From Tateyamaria sp. (GTDB taxonomy: Bacteria; Pseudomonadota; Alphaproteobacteria; Rhodobacterales; Rhodobacteraceae), in contig JAQWVA010000120.1 of assembly GCA_029250205.1 (NCBI GenBank), positions 16,610-80,609 on the forward strand: 64,000 nucleotides of DNA, read 5' to 3'. The notes beneath the pieces are model-generated. The model saw nothing but the letters and a program-made list of their open reading frames with translations, ran no database searches and was not told the DNA's origin. The position numbers and the translations under genes were made by a program. Below, one piece after another: positions 10,071-21,218 of the stretch. How positions within the stretch are numbered: the first letter of the stretch is position 1; each line of letters begins with the position of its first letter.

Positions 10071-10523
10071 ATGGCGGAAAATACAGCTGAAGTTGTTGTT
10101 GGGGGTGCTGTTCTTGCAGCCGCAATTGCGATCGGAGTGTATGGCGCGCAAATTGGCGGCCTAAATACAGGTGGTGGGTCAAATTATCCGCTCACGGCAA
10201 GCTTTCGCAGCCTAGAAGGCGTGAGCGTTGGTACGGATGTACGCTTGGCTGGTGTAAAAATAGGCACCGTGACGGATGTCGCGTTGAATAATATTACTTA
10301 CCGCGCTGAAACGACCGTGACGCTAAATGAGGCGACGCAAATCCCTGATGACAGCGCCATTGTTATCAGTTCCGAAGGATTACTAGGTGGTAATTTCGTT
10401 GAGATTGTCCCCGGAGGTTCACCGTTCAATTTTGAACCCGGGTCCGAAATTACTGATACGCAAGGTGCAGTTAGCCTGATTTCACTGCTGCTCAAATTCG
10501 TCTCTGGGGGCGAAGGCGGATGA
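10071..10523 (+). CDS. mlaD: MCE-domain lipid asymmetry protein
   Basis: N-terminal TM segment, GTDVRLAGVKIGTV, SEGLLGGNFVEI. Confidence 0.88.
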   Translation: MAENTAEVVVGGAVLAAAIAIGVYGAQIGGLNTGGGSNYPLTASFRSLEGVSVGTDVRLAGVKIGTVTDVALNNITYRAETTVTLNEATQIPDDSAIVISSEGLLGGNFVEIVPGGSPFNFEPGSEITDTQGAVSLISLLLKFVSGGEGG

Positions 10524-10879
10524 TACGTTATCTGGCGTTTGTCTGCGCCTTGGTCTGTTCCGATGCTTTTGCACAGGAAAGGACTCAGGCTGCAAGTGGC
10601 GCAGTTCTTCGTGGTCTTAACAAGTTTAGTGGGGACGTCGTTGATATTGAATTGCTGGTTGGTCGAACAGTCAAGTTTGAACGGCTTAATATTACGCTGA
10701 CTGATTGCCGCTATCCGGCCGGTAATCCGGCAGGCAATTCTTATGCTGGCCTTGAGATCACCGAAACTGGGCGTGAAGGCGTTGTATTTTCTGGATGGAT
10801 GATTGCGTCTTCCCCCGCGTTGAGCGCAGTTGACCACGCCCGTTATGACGTTTGGGTCATGCGTTGCATCACGCTGTAA
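10520..10879 (+). CDS. DUF2155-family secreted protein
   Basis: Signal peptide, LRGLNKFSG, FSGWMIASSPALSA...YDVWVMRC. Confidence 0.85.
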   Translation: MIRYLAFVCALVCSDAFAQERTQAASGAVLRGLNKFSGDVVDIELLVGRTVKFERLNITLTDCRYPAGNPAGNSYAGLEITETGREGVVFSGWMIASSPALSAVDHARYDVWVMRCITL

Positions 10880-11487
10880 AGCGTTGTGGGTGCTGGGGTA
10901 TTGAAATCGGCTTTTGTGTTAGAGAGTGCGCCGCGTAGACGGTCGTGATACCGCGCCCGCGTGATCTCTACGGCGCCAAGTGTCGCCAAATGATCTGTTA
11001 GGAACTGCGTATCAAACAGAGTGAACCCACCCCGACGCAACCTGTCGACACATGCCGCCAATGCCATTTTTGAGGCATTGCTGCGTCGTGAGAACATGCT
11101 TTCGCCAAAAAAAGACCCACCCAAAACCACTCCATAGACGCCGCCCACCAGATGTGCGTCATCCCAAATCTCAATCGAATGTGCGTGACCGCTGGAATGC
11201 AAGGCGCTGTAAAGGCGACTAATTTTTGGATTTATCCAAGTATCAGATCGATCAGCGCAGCCTTGGACGGTGCTGTCGAAATCGGTGTTAATCTTGAGCG
11301 TCCACCTGCTGCGCCGCATCGCACGCGCAAGGCTACGCGACACATGAAACCCATCCAATGGAAGCACGCCCCGGCGTCGGGGATCAACCCAGAATACCTC
11401 TGGGTCGTCACGGCTTTCAGCCATTGGGAAAATGCCATTGGCGTATCCCCGCAGCAACAGCGCTGGCGTGATGTCAAACTCTGTCAT
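10843..11487 (-). CDS. aat: Leucyl/phenylalanyl-tRNA-protein transferase
   Basis: LLLRGYANGIFPMAE, WVDPRRRGVLP, GGSFFGESMFS; start set at MTEFDITP. Confidence 0.92.
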   Translation of the reverse strand: MTEFDITPALLLRGYANGIFPMAESRDDPEVFWVDPRRRGVLPLDGFHVSRSLARAMRRSRWTLKINTDFDSTVQGCADRSDTWINPKISRLYSALHSSGHAHSIEIWDDAHLVGGVYGVVLGGSFFGESMFSRRSNASKMALAACVDRLRRGGFTLFDTQFLTDHLATLGAVEITRARYHDRLRGALSNTKADFNTPAPTTLYSVMQRMTQTS

Positions 11488-11693
11488 TGCTTTCCTGTTC
11501 GGCAGCGAGCTTTGGAAAGAGGCGCCTGTCTTTGTTCTTTGCGCTGTTAGATAAACGACGCCCATATTTGTGCCACGCCGCGCACCTATGAAATGGTATC
11601 GCTTGGAGAGTGCGCGCAGAAAATGGGGCCCCATGGAGCGGCGTGCAAAACACGCGAAGTGTTAGCATAGAGTTGCCACGCAGCCGAGTTGGT

Positions 11694-13055
11694 CTAAGCG
11701 TTGTCTTGTGATTTGTTCTGTGCGTCTAGCCAATGTTCCAGCCAGTGAATATTGTAGCTGCCATTGTGGATGTCCTGCTCGGCCAACAGTGCATCAAACA
11801 GCGGTACAGTGGTATCGACACCGTCGATGATCAATTCTCCCAAGGCGCGGCTGAGCCGAGCAAGCGCTTCAGCCCGGTCGCGGCCATGAACGATCAGTTT
11901 GCCAATCAGGCTGTCATAATAGGGGGGGATAACGTAGCCGTCATACAAGGCTGAATCCATACGAACCCCAAGACCGCCTGGCGCATGATACTGCGTGATT
12001 CTGCCCGGTGAAGGCGAAAAATTCGGCAGTTTTTCAGCGTTCAAACGGACTTCGATGGCATGACCGTTGATTTTCAGATCTTCCTGCTGAAATGACATGT
12101 TTTCACCAGCGGCAACCAGAATCTGTTCACGCACTAGGTCGACGTCAAAAATGGCTTCGGTTACGGGGTGCTCAACCTGAAGTCGGGTGTTCATCTCAAT
12201 GAAATAAAACTCACCGTTTTCATACAGAAATTCGATGGTTCCTGCGCCAATATAGTTGATCTTGGCCACAGCGTCGGCGCACACTTTGCCAATGGCTGCG
12301 CGTTCTTCGGCGTTGATCGTTGGACCGGGTGCTTCTTCGAAAACTTTCTGGTGGCGGCGTTGTAGCGAACAGTCACGCTCGCCTAGGTGTACAGCGCGTC
12401 CCTTGCCGTCTCCAAAAACCTGAATTTCGATATGGCGCGGCGTCGTCAGATATTTCTCGATATAAACTTCATCATTGCCAAAGGCGGCCTTGCCTTCGGC
12501 ACGGGCTGTCAAAAAGGCGTTTTCCATGTCTGCGGCTGTTTGGGCGACTTTCATGCCGCGCCCACCCCCGCCGGCAGTGGCCTTGATAATGACGGGATAG
12601 CCCATTTTTTCGCCAAGCGCCTTTGCTTCGTCCAGCGTGGCGACCCCACCGTCAGAGCCGGGTACACATGGAACGCCAAGTGCCTTCATTGTGTCCTTGG
12701 CCGTGATCTTGTCGCCCATGACGCGGATATGTTCCGCTGTGGGGCCAATAAAGGTTAGGTCATGATCTTCGACGATTTGAACGAATTGTGCGTTCTCCGA
12801 CAGAAAGCCATAGCCAGGGTGTATCGCATCGGCGCCAGTGATTTCGCAGGCCGATATAATGGCTGGAAAACTGAGATAGGATTGCATCGACGAGGGCGGG
12901 CCGATGCAAACAGATTCGTCAGCCATACGCACATGCATGGCATCCGCATCAGCTGTGGAATGGACAGCTACCGTGGCGATGCCCATTTCACGGGCCGCTC
13001 GCACAACCCGCAAAGCGATTTCGCCGCGGTTGGCAATCAGGATTTTCTTAAACAT
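11694..13055 (-). CDS. accC: Acetyl-CoA carboxylase biotin carboxylase
   Basis: [45 protein letters not shown]. Confidence 0.97.
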   Translation of the reverse strand: MFKKILIANRGEIALRVVRAAREMGIATVAVHSTADADAMHVRMADESVCIGPPSSMQSYLSFPAIISACEITGADAIHPGYGFLSENAQFVQIVEDHDLTFIGPTAEHIRVMGDKITAKDTMKALGVPCVPGSDGGVATLDEAKALGEKMGYPVIIKATAGGGGRGMKVAQTAADMENAFLTARAEGKAAFGNDEVYIEKYLTTPRHIEIQVFGDGKGRAVHLGERDCSLQRRHQKVFEEAPGPTINAEERAAIGKVCADAVAKINYIGAGTIEFLYENGEFYFIEMNTRLQVEHPVTEAIFDVDLVREQILVAAGENMSFQQEDLKINGHAIEVRLNAEKLPNFSPSPGRITQYHAPGGLGVRMDSALYDGYVIPPYYDSLIGKLIVHGRDRAEALARLSRALGELIIDGVDTTVPLFDALLAEQDIHNGSYNIHWLEHWLDAQNKSQDNA

Positions 13056-13065
13056 GTCGCCCGCC

Positions 13066-13557
13066 TTATCCGAGGATCACCAAGGGTGCACCAAACTCCA
13101 CGGCGGCGCCGTCCTCAACAAGGATGCGTTTAATTGTGCCTGCGCGTGGCGACGGTATGTGGTTCATGGTCTTCATCGCCTCGACGATCAAAAGCGTATC
13201 ACCTTCGGAAACCTGCTGACCCACCTTGATGAATGACGGTGCATCCGGTTCTGCTTGCATATAAACGGTTCCAACCATGGGCGAAGTGACCGCACCTGGA
13301 TCTTCGGCTGGGTCTGTGGCTGCGGCGGGTTCAGCCGGTGCGGGTGCAGCTGTGGGGCTTGGAGCGACTGCGGCCGCCGGAGCGACAGACACTGGCGCGA
13401 CCACCTGTTGCACAGACTGACGCGACACGCGTACCGATAGCCCGTCGTCGGCCCCATACTCTCGTTCAACTTCGATCTCTGTTAGATCGGTTTCGCGCAG
13501 TAGTTCTGCCAAGGCCCTGATAAAGGCGACATCTGCATCATGCGTATTTTTTTTCAT
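13066..13557 (-). CDS. accB: Biotin carboxyl carrier protein
   Basis: Ala/Pro linker, SPMVGT, biotinylation motif EAMKTMN. Confidence 0.97.
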   Translation of the reverse strand: MKKNTHDADVAFIRALAELLRETDLTEIEVEREYGADDGLSVRVSRQSVQQVVAPVSVAPAAAVAPSPTAAPAPAEPAAATDPAEDPGAVTSPMVGTVYMQAEPDAPSFIKVGQQVSEGDTLLIVEAMKTMNHIPSPRAGTIKRILVEDGAAVEFGAPLVILG

Positions 13558-13953
13558 TCTTAGTCCTCAACAGTTTGGCTTTGGCTGCGAGGCCCGAACC
13601 GGGGTGCGCCAGGTAGTGCTCAGGACGGTTATAGCGAGGGATGCACACTGTGAAAAGCGCCGTTCGCGACCTTACGGAAAGACGCAAGAACGTCATTAAT
13701 TGACTTGATGGCTGCGGGATCAACCTTTTGGCTGTGCCATCCGGGTTTGAGGGGGTTGGTTTTCAAAAGGCAAAATATTTTCCGAATGCATGCCGTTTCA
13801 AAGTTTACACTGCGCGATGTGATCGCTCAGGCGTTGGTCTGGCCCTGTAATGCCATACCTCGGACGCATAATGTACGCCATATGTCTTCAGGCTTTTCGC
13901 CAGAAAATTCGTTTTCTCTTTGTTTGATGCCCAGCAGGCCCGCCGTTATCGCC

Positions 13954-14709
13954 TCAGATGGCCAGGTATTCTGCGCGCAATTCTTCATTTTCGAGGACCT
14001 CTGCTGCCGTCCCATCGAAAACGATACCTCCGGTATCGAGAATCAGGGCGCGGTCTGCCAGTTGCAGGGCACGGATCGCATTTTGTTCCACGATGACGGT
14101 TGTGATGCCCTGCTGTTTGATGATGCGCAGTGTCTTTTCGATCTCGTCAACGATCACGGGGGCCAACCCTTCATAGGGTTCGTCCAGCAACAGCACCTTA
14201 ATATCACGTGCAAGCGCGCGCGCGATGGACAGCATTTGCTGTTCACCGCCCGACAAGGTTGTGCCTTCTTGGTTGCGGCGTTCCCCGAGGCGCGGGAAAA
14301 GATTGTAAAGACGGTCGATTGACCAGCCAATTGGAGGGGCGATTTGGGCCAGCTTCAGGTTTTCCTCGACCGTAAGGCCGGGGATGATGCGTCGATCTTC
14401 GGGAACAAGGCCCAGACCCGCTTGCGCGGCTTCATGGCTCGACATGTTGTGCAAAGGCTGGTGGTCAAGCCAGATTTCGCCGTGGCGAACCTCTGGACTG
14501 CCGATGCGCGCGATAGAGCGCAGGGTTGTCGTCTTGCCAGCCCCGTTGCGGCCCAGCAGCGCCAGGATCTCACCCTCGTGGACGTTAAAGGTGATGCCTT
14601 GAACGATATAGCTTTCCCCGTAGTAGGCATGCATGTCCCACACGCTGAGAAAGGCAGGGGCAGTTTGGGCATGGCTTATGCCCTTTGTGACGTCGGGATT
14701 TGCGTTCAT
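13954..14709 (-). CDS. LIV-type ABC ATPase (LivF-like)
   Basis: GRNGAGKTT, LSGGEQQML, LLLDEPYEGLAP. Confidence 0.9.
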   Translation of the reverse strand: MNANPDVTKGISHAQTAPAFLSVWDMHAYYGESYIVQGITFNVHEGEILALLGRNGAGKTTTLRSIARIGSPEVRHGEIWLDHQPLHNMSSHEAAQAGLGLVPEDRRIIPGLTVEENLKLAQIAPPIGWSIDRLYNLFPRLGERRNQEGTTLSGGEQQMLSIARALARDIKVLLLDEPYEGLAPVIVDEIEKTLRIIKQQGITTVIVEQNAIRALQLADRALILDTGGIVFDGTAAEVLENEELRAEYLAI

Positions 14710-14775
14710 GTCCGTGCTCCGTTTTGGTTCTGGCACTTTGAAAAACCCATGTGGGCAGTCTGGCGGATGGGCGGG

Positions 14776-15540
14776 TTAGGCTGCATCCTGGGTTTCACCA
14801 AGATAGGCTTCGCGCACCTTGGGGTGACCTTTGATATTTTCTGGCGTGTCTTCAACCAATGGCGTCCCCTGAGCCAAAACCGTAATCCGCTCGGCCAGAG
14901 AGAACACAACATGCATGTCGTGTTCGATGATTGAGATGGTGATATCGCGCTCATCCTTGATCTGTTTGAGCAGATCAATGGTGTTGTTGGTGTCGGCGCG
15001 CGCCATGCCTGCTGTTGGCTCGTCCAGCAACAAAAGCCGCGGCTCCTGGCTGAGGCACATGCCGATCTCAAGACGTCGTTTGTCTCCGCGCGACAGGGCG
15101 GCTGCGTGCATGTGCCGATGCTCTGCCATCTTCATCTCTTCTAGCATGACTTCGGCGCGCTCGACGATTTCTCTGTCTTTCAGCATATTGATAAAAGCAT
15201 TGGGCGTGAAAGCACCATCCCGCTTTGCAAAGCATGGGATCATCATATTTTCTAGTACACTCAGATCACCAAATATTTCGGGCGTCTGAAACACGCGGCT
15301 GATCCCCATTTGGTTGATCTCAAACGGTTTTCTACCCAAGACCGACTGACCGTCGAACATGACCGACCCAGTGTCGGGGATCAGTTTGCCGACAAGACAA
15401 TTGAGCAGGGTCGATTTGCCTGCCCCGTTTGGCCCAATGATCGCATGTACCGAATTCTCTGCAATGCTCAGGTTAACGTCGCCCAGCGCCTGCAGGCCAC
15501 CAAACCGTTTGCTCACGTTTTTGACTTCAAGGATACCCAT
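14776..15540 (-). CDS. LIV-type ABC ATPase (LivG-like)
   Basis: KRFGGLQAL, GPNGAGKST, LLLDEPTAGM, EHDMHVV. Confidence 0.9.
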   Translation of the reverse strand: MGILEVKNVSKRFGGLQALGDVNLSIAENSVHAIIGPNGAGKSTLLNCLVGKLIPDTGSVMFDGQSVLGRKPFEINQMGISRVFQTPEIFGDLSVLENMMIPCFAKRDGAFTPNAFINMLKDREIVERAEVMLEEMKMAEHRHMHAAALSRGDKRRLEIGMCLSQEPRLLLLDEPTAGMARADTNNTIDLLKQIKDERDITISIIEHDMHVVFSLAERITVLAQGTPLVEDTPENIKGHPKVREAYLGETQDAA

Positions 15541-15551
15541 TGGTTTTGCCC

Positions 15552-16751
15552 TCATTCCGCAGGTGTTTCGTTGCCATTAGGCGTGCTCTTTTGGGATTTT
15601 TTGCGCCCAAAAACCTTGGAAATACGTTGCCCGCCTTCGACAAGGCCTCCCGGCAGGAAGATCACAACAAGCATGAAAATCAACCCAAGCGTCAGGTGCC
15701 AGCCTTTCCCGACAAACGGATAAATCAGGGTGACAACAAAGTCTTCTAATCCATCAGGTAGGAAAGCGAACCATGTGTGCAGGATGTCTGAATTAATCTT
15801 GGACAGAATGTTTTCCATGTACTTGATCGTACCAGCGCCTAGCACAGGTCCAATCAACGTGCCGACGCCGCCAAGGATGCTCATCAACACGACCTCGCCC
15901 GAGGCCGTCCAAAACATCCGGTCCGCGCCGACTTGTGTGTCCATCGCGACCATGAGACCGCCAGCAAGGCCAGCATACATGCCCGAGATGACGAAAGCTG
16001 CCAGTGTGTAGGGCTTTGAGTTGAGGCCGGTGTAATTCAAGCGCTGTTGATTGGATTTCACAGCCCGTAAAATCAACCCAAAGGGCGACCGAAAGATACG
16101 AATTGAAAGATAAAAGGCCGCTAGCATAACGATCGCAGCGACATAGTAGCCTGCGTTGAAGGTAAACACCCATGTGCCCACACTGAGATCAAAGCTCGAC
16201 CCCATTTTCAGTCCAAAGAGATGGGCCTTGGGGGTTGCACCGTCTGCCAGGGGCGCATCAAGGATGCGCGGATCTAGATTTTTCGGTTGCAGGCCGGTTT
16301 CGCCGCCTGTGATCGGTGTCAGCACCGAATACGCCAGCGAATAGGACATCTGTGCAAAGGCGAGCGTGAGGATTGAAAAATAGATGCCTGAGCGCCGCAG
16401 CGATATCCAACCCACTGCCAAAGAAAACACGCCTGCCACAATCACGGATACGATGATGGCCGGTATCACGTTCATGGTGAGCAGTTTCATCATCCACATG
16501 GCTGCGTAAGAACCCACTCCCAGGAATGCGGCATGTCCAAACGAAAGGTATCCGGTCAGACCAAATAGGATATTAAAACCAATGGCAAAGATGCCAAAGA
16601 TCACGAAACGCTGCATCAGGTCGGGATAGCCCGCGTTGAACTGCGCCATGCCCGAACCTTCGGGAAACGGGTTCAGGATGAAGGGCGCCAGTGCAACCAG
16701 TATCGCGACAAGGATCAGCAGGCGCGTATCTTTTTTGTCCAGTCCGAACAT
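15552..16751 (-). CDS. LIV-type ABC permease (LivM-like)
   Basis: [35 protein letters not shown]. Confidence 0.9.
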   Translation of the reverse strand: MFGLDKKDTRLLILVAILVALAPFILNPFPEGSGMAQFNAGYPDLMQRFVIFGIFAIGFNILFGLTGYLSFGHAAFLGVGSYAAMWMMKLLTMNVIPAIIVSVIVAGVFSLAVGWISLRRSGIYFSILTLAFAQMSYSLAYSVLTPITGGETGLQPKNLDPRILDAPLADGATPKAHLFGLKMGSSFDLSVGTWVFTFNAGYYVAAIVMLAAFYLSIRIFRSPFGLILRAVKSNQQRLNYTGLNSKPYTLAAFVISGMYAGLAGGLMVAMDTQVGADRMFWTASGEVVLMSILGGVGTLIGPVLGAGTIKYMENILSKINSDILHTWFAFLPDGLEDFVVTLIYPFVGKGWHLTLGLIFMLVVIFLPGGLVEGGQRISKVFGRKKSQKSTPNGNETPAE

Positions 16752-16754
16752 GGC

Positions 16755-17786
16755 TCAGTCCTCCATCACACCTTTGCGACCCATAAGGCCGCGGGGACGC
16801 GTCAATAGAATTATAATCGCCACCAAATAGATGATGATCTGGTTCAGGCCGGGCAAAACCGAGAGCACTTCGCGCATCGAAGCAAAGCTTTCTAGAATGC
16901 CCAAAAGAAAGCCCGCAGCGACAGCGCCGGGCAAAGATCCCATGCCGCCCACAACCACCACAACAAAGGACAGAACAAGAAAATCCATACCCATGTGGTA
17001 GTTTGGCGAGTTGATCGGGGTGTACATCACCCCGGCAAGACCTGCGACTGCGGCGGCTATTCCAAACATCAGGGTAAAGCGGCGGTCAATATTGATCCCC
17101 AAAAGCTGCACGGTTTCGCGGTCGGCCATACCCGCCCTGACCACCATCCCGAACGTGGTAAATTGCAAAAAGGCAAAGACTGCGCTGATGATGACAGCGG
17201 CAAAGCCGAAATAAATAATACGCCAGTAGGGATAGATGATCATGTTTGGGTCAAAGCCCAGAAAGTTGCCAAAGTCGAACGAACCTTTGAACGCTTCGGG
17301 TGCCGGCGTGGGGATCGGGTTGGCGCCATAGTAGTATTTGATGATTTCCTGCAGCACGATTGCCAGCCCGAATGTCACTAGAATCTGGTCAGCGTGGGGA
17401 CGTTTGTAAAAGTGTTTGATCAGGCCACGCTCCATTATCACACCGATGGCGATCATGACGGGTATGGCAAAAAGAATGGAAAGTGGCACAGACCAGTCAA
17501 TGATCGCGTTGCCGGTTGCCTCTCCGAACCAGTCATAGACATAAGGAATATCAACCTTGAGCGGGTTGCCCAGAAAGTCTTTTTGAGTTTCGTCCACAAT
17601 CGTACGGCTAAGCGAAAGGATGCGACTGAGCGTGACCGCGCAAAACGCCCCGATCATGAACAACGCGCCATGAGCGAAGTTCACAACGCCCAGAGTGCCA
17701 AAAATCAACGTAAGACCCATGGCGATGAGCGCATAGGCCGAGCCCTTGTCAAGCCCGTTTAGAATTTGAAGGACGATCGCTTCCAT
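16755..17786 (-). CDS. LIV-type ABC permease (LivH-like)
   Basis: LIAMGLTLIFGTLGVVNFAHG, VVVVGGMGSLPG. Confidence 0.9.
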   Translation of the reverse strand: MEAIVLQILNGLDKGSAYALIAMGLTLIFGTLGVVNFAHGALFMIGAFCAVTLSRILSLSRTIVDETQKDFLGNPLKVDIPYVYDWFGEATGNAIIDWSVPLSILFAIPVMIAIGVIMERGLIKHFYKRPHADQILVTFGLAIVLQEIIKYYYGANPIPTPAPEAFKGSFDFGNFLGFDPNMIIYPYWRIIYFGFAAVIISAVFAFLQFTTFGMVVRAGMADRETVQLLGINIDRRFTLMFGIAAAVAGLAGVMYTPINSPNYHMGMDFLVLSFVVVVVGGMGSLPGAVAAGFLLGILESFASMREVLSVLPGLNQIIIYLVAIIILLTRPRGLMGRKGVMED

Positions 17787-17850
17787 AGGTCTGACCCTTG
17801 GTTGGAAAGTGTGGGATTTGGCGGAATGCCGGTCGCTATGAAATATAAGA

Positions 17851-17872
17851 GGGTGGGCACGAATGCCCACCC
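17851..17872 (-). terminator. Intercistronic UUCG-tetraloop hairpin between the SBP and permease genes
   Basis: The minus strand reads GGGTGGGCA-TTCG-TGCCCACCC (perfect 9-bp stem), followed by TCTTATATTT. Confidence 0.7.
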
Positions 17873-17885
17873 CGATCGGTGCCGC

Positions 17886-19223
17886 TTATGCGCCGGGGTT
17901 GCAAGAACCCAATTCGCCGCCAAAGATGGCTGCGTCGTATGTCACCTGCGATACAGGTGTGACTTCGACGATCTCGAGAAGGTCAAATTCCGACGTTGGG
18001 TTTTCTTTACCCTTCACGACCAGCACGTCCTTGAAACACTGGTGGTCTTCGGCGCGGTAAAGCGTTGGGCCATTGCCCATGCCATCGAACTCAAAGCCTT
18101 CGAGAGCTTCGGCAACTGCGCAGGGGTTGAACGATCCCGCACGTTCGACAGCATCTGCATAGAGCATAACCTGCACATAGCAGGTGTGCGCTGCCTGTGA
18201 CGGCGGGAAGCCGTACTTGGTGCCAAAGGACTGGACAAACTGCTTGGAGCCGGCGTCGGTCAGCGACCAGTGCCAGTTTGTCGACCCAAAGATGCCTTTA
18301 ACGTTGGCGCCAGCGCCTTTTGCCATCAGACGCGAGTAGAGCGGAACAACGATTTCGAAGTTCTTGTCGTTCACCAACTTGTCACGCAGGCCAAACTGAA
18401 CCGCGTTGGTCAACGAGTTCACCATGTTGCCGCCGTAGTGGTTCAGAACGAGAACGTCTGCACCCGATTGCAGAACTGGAGCAATGTACGACGAAAAATC
18501 GGTCTGTGTCAGCGGCGTTTTCACTGCGGCAACAGTTTCCCAACCCATGGCTTCGGTCGATGTGCGAACGGCTTCTTCTGTGGTGTATCCCCAGTTGTAG
18601 TCGGCGGTCAGGTGGTACGCTTTGCGGTCCGTGCCGTAGTTGTTGGCCAACACTGGCGCGAGCGCTGCACCGGTCATGTAGGAGTTAAAGAAGTGGCGGA
18701 AACCATTTGCCTTCTTGTCTTTGCCGGTGGTGTCGTTTGAGTGTGTCAGACCTGCCATAAAGATAATGCCAGCTTCTTGGCACAGCGCTTGCACGGCCAC
18801 GGCCACGCCCGAGCTAGACCCACCCGTGATCATCACGGCACCGTCTTTTTCGATCATGGACCGCGCCGAAGCACGTGCCGCGTCAGATTTGGTCTGAGTG
18901 TCGCCTGTGACGTACTCAACTTTTTTGCCGAGAATGCCATTGCCTTGCAGAGCTTTAGACGAGAATGTGTTCATCAGGCCGCCGTCGCCGCCACCGTTCA
19001 GGTGTTCGACCGCAAGCTCGTAAGCGCGCAGTTCATCCGCGCCTTCGTCGGCATAGGCGCCGGACTGTGGAACGTTAAACCCAAGTGTGACCGTGCTTCC
19101 CGCAGGCGCGTTGGTATAGCCTTCGTGACTGCCTGCAGACAGGTATGTCGGCAGCGCGAGGCCCGCGCCAGCGACAGCACCGGTTTGCAATACGCCACGA
19201 CGCGACAGGTTCATTTTGGACAT
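17886..19223 (-). CDS. Tat-exported ABC substrate-binding protein (type I fold)
   Basis: Twin-arginine LSRRGVLQ; GFNVPQSGAY; first gene of the ABC operon. Confidence 0.88.
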   Translation of the reverse strand: MSKMNLSRRGVLQTGAVAGAGLALPTYLSAGSHEGYTNAPAGSTVTLGFNVPQSGAYADEGADELRAYELAVEHLNGGGDGGLMNTFSSKALQGNGILGKKVEYVTGDTQTKSDAARASARSMIEKDGAVMITGGSSSGVAVAVQALCQEAGIIFMAGLTHSNDTTGKDKKANGFRHFFNSYMTGAALAPVLANNYGTDRKAYHLTADYNWGYTTEEAVRTSTEAMGWETVAAVKTPLTQTDFSSYIAPVLQSGADVLVLNHYGGNMVNSLTNAVQFGLRDKLVNDKNFEIVVPLYSRLMAKGAGANVKGIFGSTNWHWSLTDAGSKQFVQSFGTKYGFPPSQAAHTCYVQVMLYADAVERAGSFNPCAVAEALEGFEFDGMGNGPTLYRAEDHQCFKDVLVVKGKENPTSEFDLLEIVEVTPVSQVTYDAAIFGGELGSCNPGA

Positions 19224-19454
19224 GAAAATCCTCCCAGATGTTGAAATGGCGCCTCCGGCTCCTCACCGATGGACGCGCGGCACCTATTGATGCAACGCGT
19301 TTATCCCTTTTTTCTGTAAAAAATTGCAATAAGCCCTTTGTTTATCATGATTATTTTGTAAACATATCGACAGTGAGTGGTGGATTGCTGTAAACTTTCT
19401 TATGTCGCACCGCAGAAACGCATTGAATTAACTCAGAAAGGCTAGCCAAGCCCC

Positions 19455-20753
19455 ATGGCGCGTGAAGCACTCACTGGCAGCCGCATCCGCGAGCGCCGCA
19501 TCATGAGCGGTTACAAACAGGCTGAATTGGCCCGTCAGGTCAATATTTCCGCTTCATACCTGAACCTAATCGAACACAACCGGCGTAGAATCGGCGGAAA
19601 ATTGTTGCTGGACCTAGCGGCAGCGCTGGGAGTCGAAGCGGCGGCGCTGACCGAAGGCGCGGAGGCGGCATTAATTGCAGCCCTGCGTGACGTGGCCCAG
19701 ACGGCTGGCGTGACGCAGGCCGAAATGGACCGTGCCGATGAGTTCGCCGGCAGGTTTCCTGGATGGGCCGATGCGCTTGCCAGCGCACATCGGAAGATCT
19801 CTGGATTGGAGCGTACGGTTGAAAATCTATCTGACCGGTTGGCGCACGACCCCGAATTGGCGGCATCTGTGCACGAAGTGCTGTCGACAGCTGCGTCGAT
19901 CCGGGCGACAGCATCGATCCTGGCCGAAGACAAAGACCTTGAGCCAGCCTGGCGCGACCGATTTCATGCAAATATTGACGTTGATAGCAAACGGCTTGCC
20001 GACAGTTCAAAGACTTTAGTTGGGTTTCTTGATCCTGAAACCGGCGAGGCGGCCAGTGTCAGTTCGCCTGCTGAAGAGGTCGAGGCATTTCTGACCATCC
20101 ACGAATACAGTTTTGACGGTATAGAGACCGGTGATGCCAAACCTGCCGACCTCGTTGAAGGCGCTCCTGAGTTGACCTCGACAGCTGCGCGTCAGATTGC
20201 ACTAGTAGTGCTGCACAGGGTAATCGAAGACAGTGGCCGTGTCACAATGGCAGATTTGACAGCTGCGTTGGCCGATCATGGTCCTAACCCCGTCGCGCTG
20301 GCGCAACTGTTCGGCGTGCCAGTCGCTTGTATCATGCGGCGCATGGCAGCGATGCCGGGTCTAACCTATGGCCTTGTTGTCGCTGATCGCTCGGGCGCCT
20401 TGTTGTTTCGCAAAGGCGTGCCGGGGTTTGTTATTCCAAGGTATGGCGCGGCTTGCCCGCTCTGGCCGCTTTTCCAGGTTATGACTCAGCCCGCCACGGT
20501 ATTGCGTCAACGGATGCGCGTGCCCGGGCGTGGAGGCGCCCTATTTGATTGCCTCGCGGCAGCCGAGATAACCGGACCTACCGCCCTAAACGCTGCCCCC
20601 TTGCTTGAGGCGACGATGTTGATTGTGCCAATTGCAAGCGATGACGATGATCGCACAGAGGCGGCGGTCGAAATGGGGGCGTCCTGTCGTATTTGTTCAC
20701 GGCAGGCATGTCCGGGACGTCGCGAGCCGTCTATTCTCAGCGAAGGCTTCTGA
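19455..20753 (+). CDS. Short-chain fatty acyl-CoA regulator family (ScfR/RamB/PccR-like XRE regulator)
   Basis: HTH QAELARQVNISASYLNLIEHNRRRI, CPLWP motif, C-terminal CRICSRQACPGRREP. Confidence 0.85.
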   Translation: MAREALTGSRIRERRIMSGYKQAELARQVNISASYLNLIEHNRRRIGGKLLLDLAAALGVEAAALTEGAEAALIAALRDVAQTAGVTQAEMDRADEFAGRFPGWADALASAHRKISGLERTVENLSDRLAHDPELAASVHEVLSTAASIRATASILAEDKDLEPAWRDRFHANIDVDSKRLADSSKTLVGFLDPETGEAASVSSPAEEVEAFLTIHEYSFDGIETGDAKPADLVEGAPELTSTAARQIALVVLHRVIEDSGRVTMADLTAALADHGPNPVALAQLFGVPVACIMRRMAAMPGLTYGLVVADRSGALLFRKGVPGFVIPRYGAACPLWPLFQVMTQPATVLRQRMRVPGRGGALFDCLAAAEITGPTALNAAPLLEATMLIVPIASDDDDRTEAAVEMGASCRICSRQACPGRREPSILSEGF

Positions 20754-20837
20754 CTCTTTTGACAGCTTGATAAAAACTGCTCATAGTCACTCAACAGTAG
20801 GGTCGCATGAACGGCTTTGCATGCCATGGGAGGGGAC

Positions 20838-21218
20838 ATGAGCATAGGTAAGCATGTTCTGCTTGTTGAGGATGAGTTGAACATCATAGAAGCGCTGCGT
20901 TTCCTGCTCAGCCGTGAAGGTTGGCACGTGGATACGCATTCTGATGGTGCAACCGCCGTTGAAGCCATCCGTACAATGCGGCCAACTCTGGTGATTCTGG
21001 ACTACATGCTTCCCGGCAAGAGTGGGCTCGATATACTGACTGAACTACGCAAGGATCCGGACTTTGAAACCTTGCCGGTACTCATGCTTACAGCGCGCGG
21101 TCAGACCCGTGACCGTGAACAGGCAGAAAAGGCGGGGGTGAGCCGGTTCATGACAAAACCGTTTTCCAATACAGAAGTCATCACAGCTGTGCGTGACCTT
21201 GTGCAACTGTCAAGATGA
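20838..21218 (+). CDS. Single-domain response regulator (receiver only)
   Basis: LLVEDE, ILDYMLPGKSG, MLTARG, TKPFS; no output domain. Confidence 0.9.
   Translation: MSIGKHVLLVEDELNIIEALRFLLSREGWHVDTHSDGATAVEAIRTMRPTLVILDYMLPGKSGLDILTELRKDPDFETLPVLMLTARGQTRDREQAEKAGVSRFMTKPFSNTEVITAVRDLVQLSR

Noticed and set aside
11488-11634. Long N-terminal extensions in the ORF track (aat; also znuB, purF, cvpA, mlaF, holin, ccmH)
   Set aside because: Family similarity begins at downstream ATGs, several with an RBS or a stop/start overlap; the extensions are open by chance.
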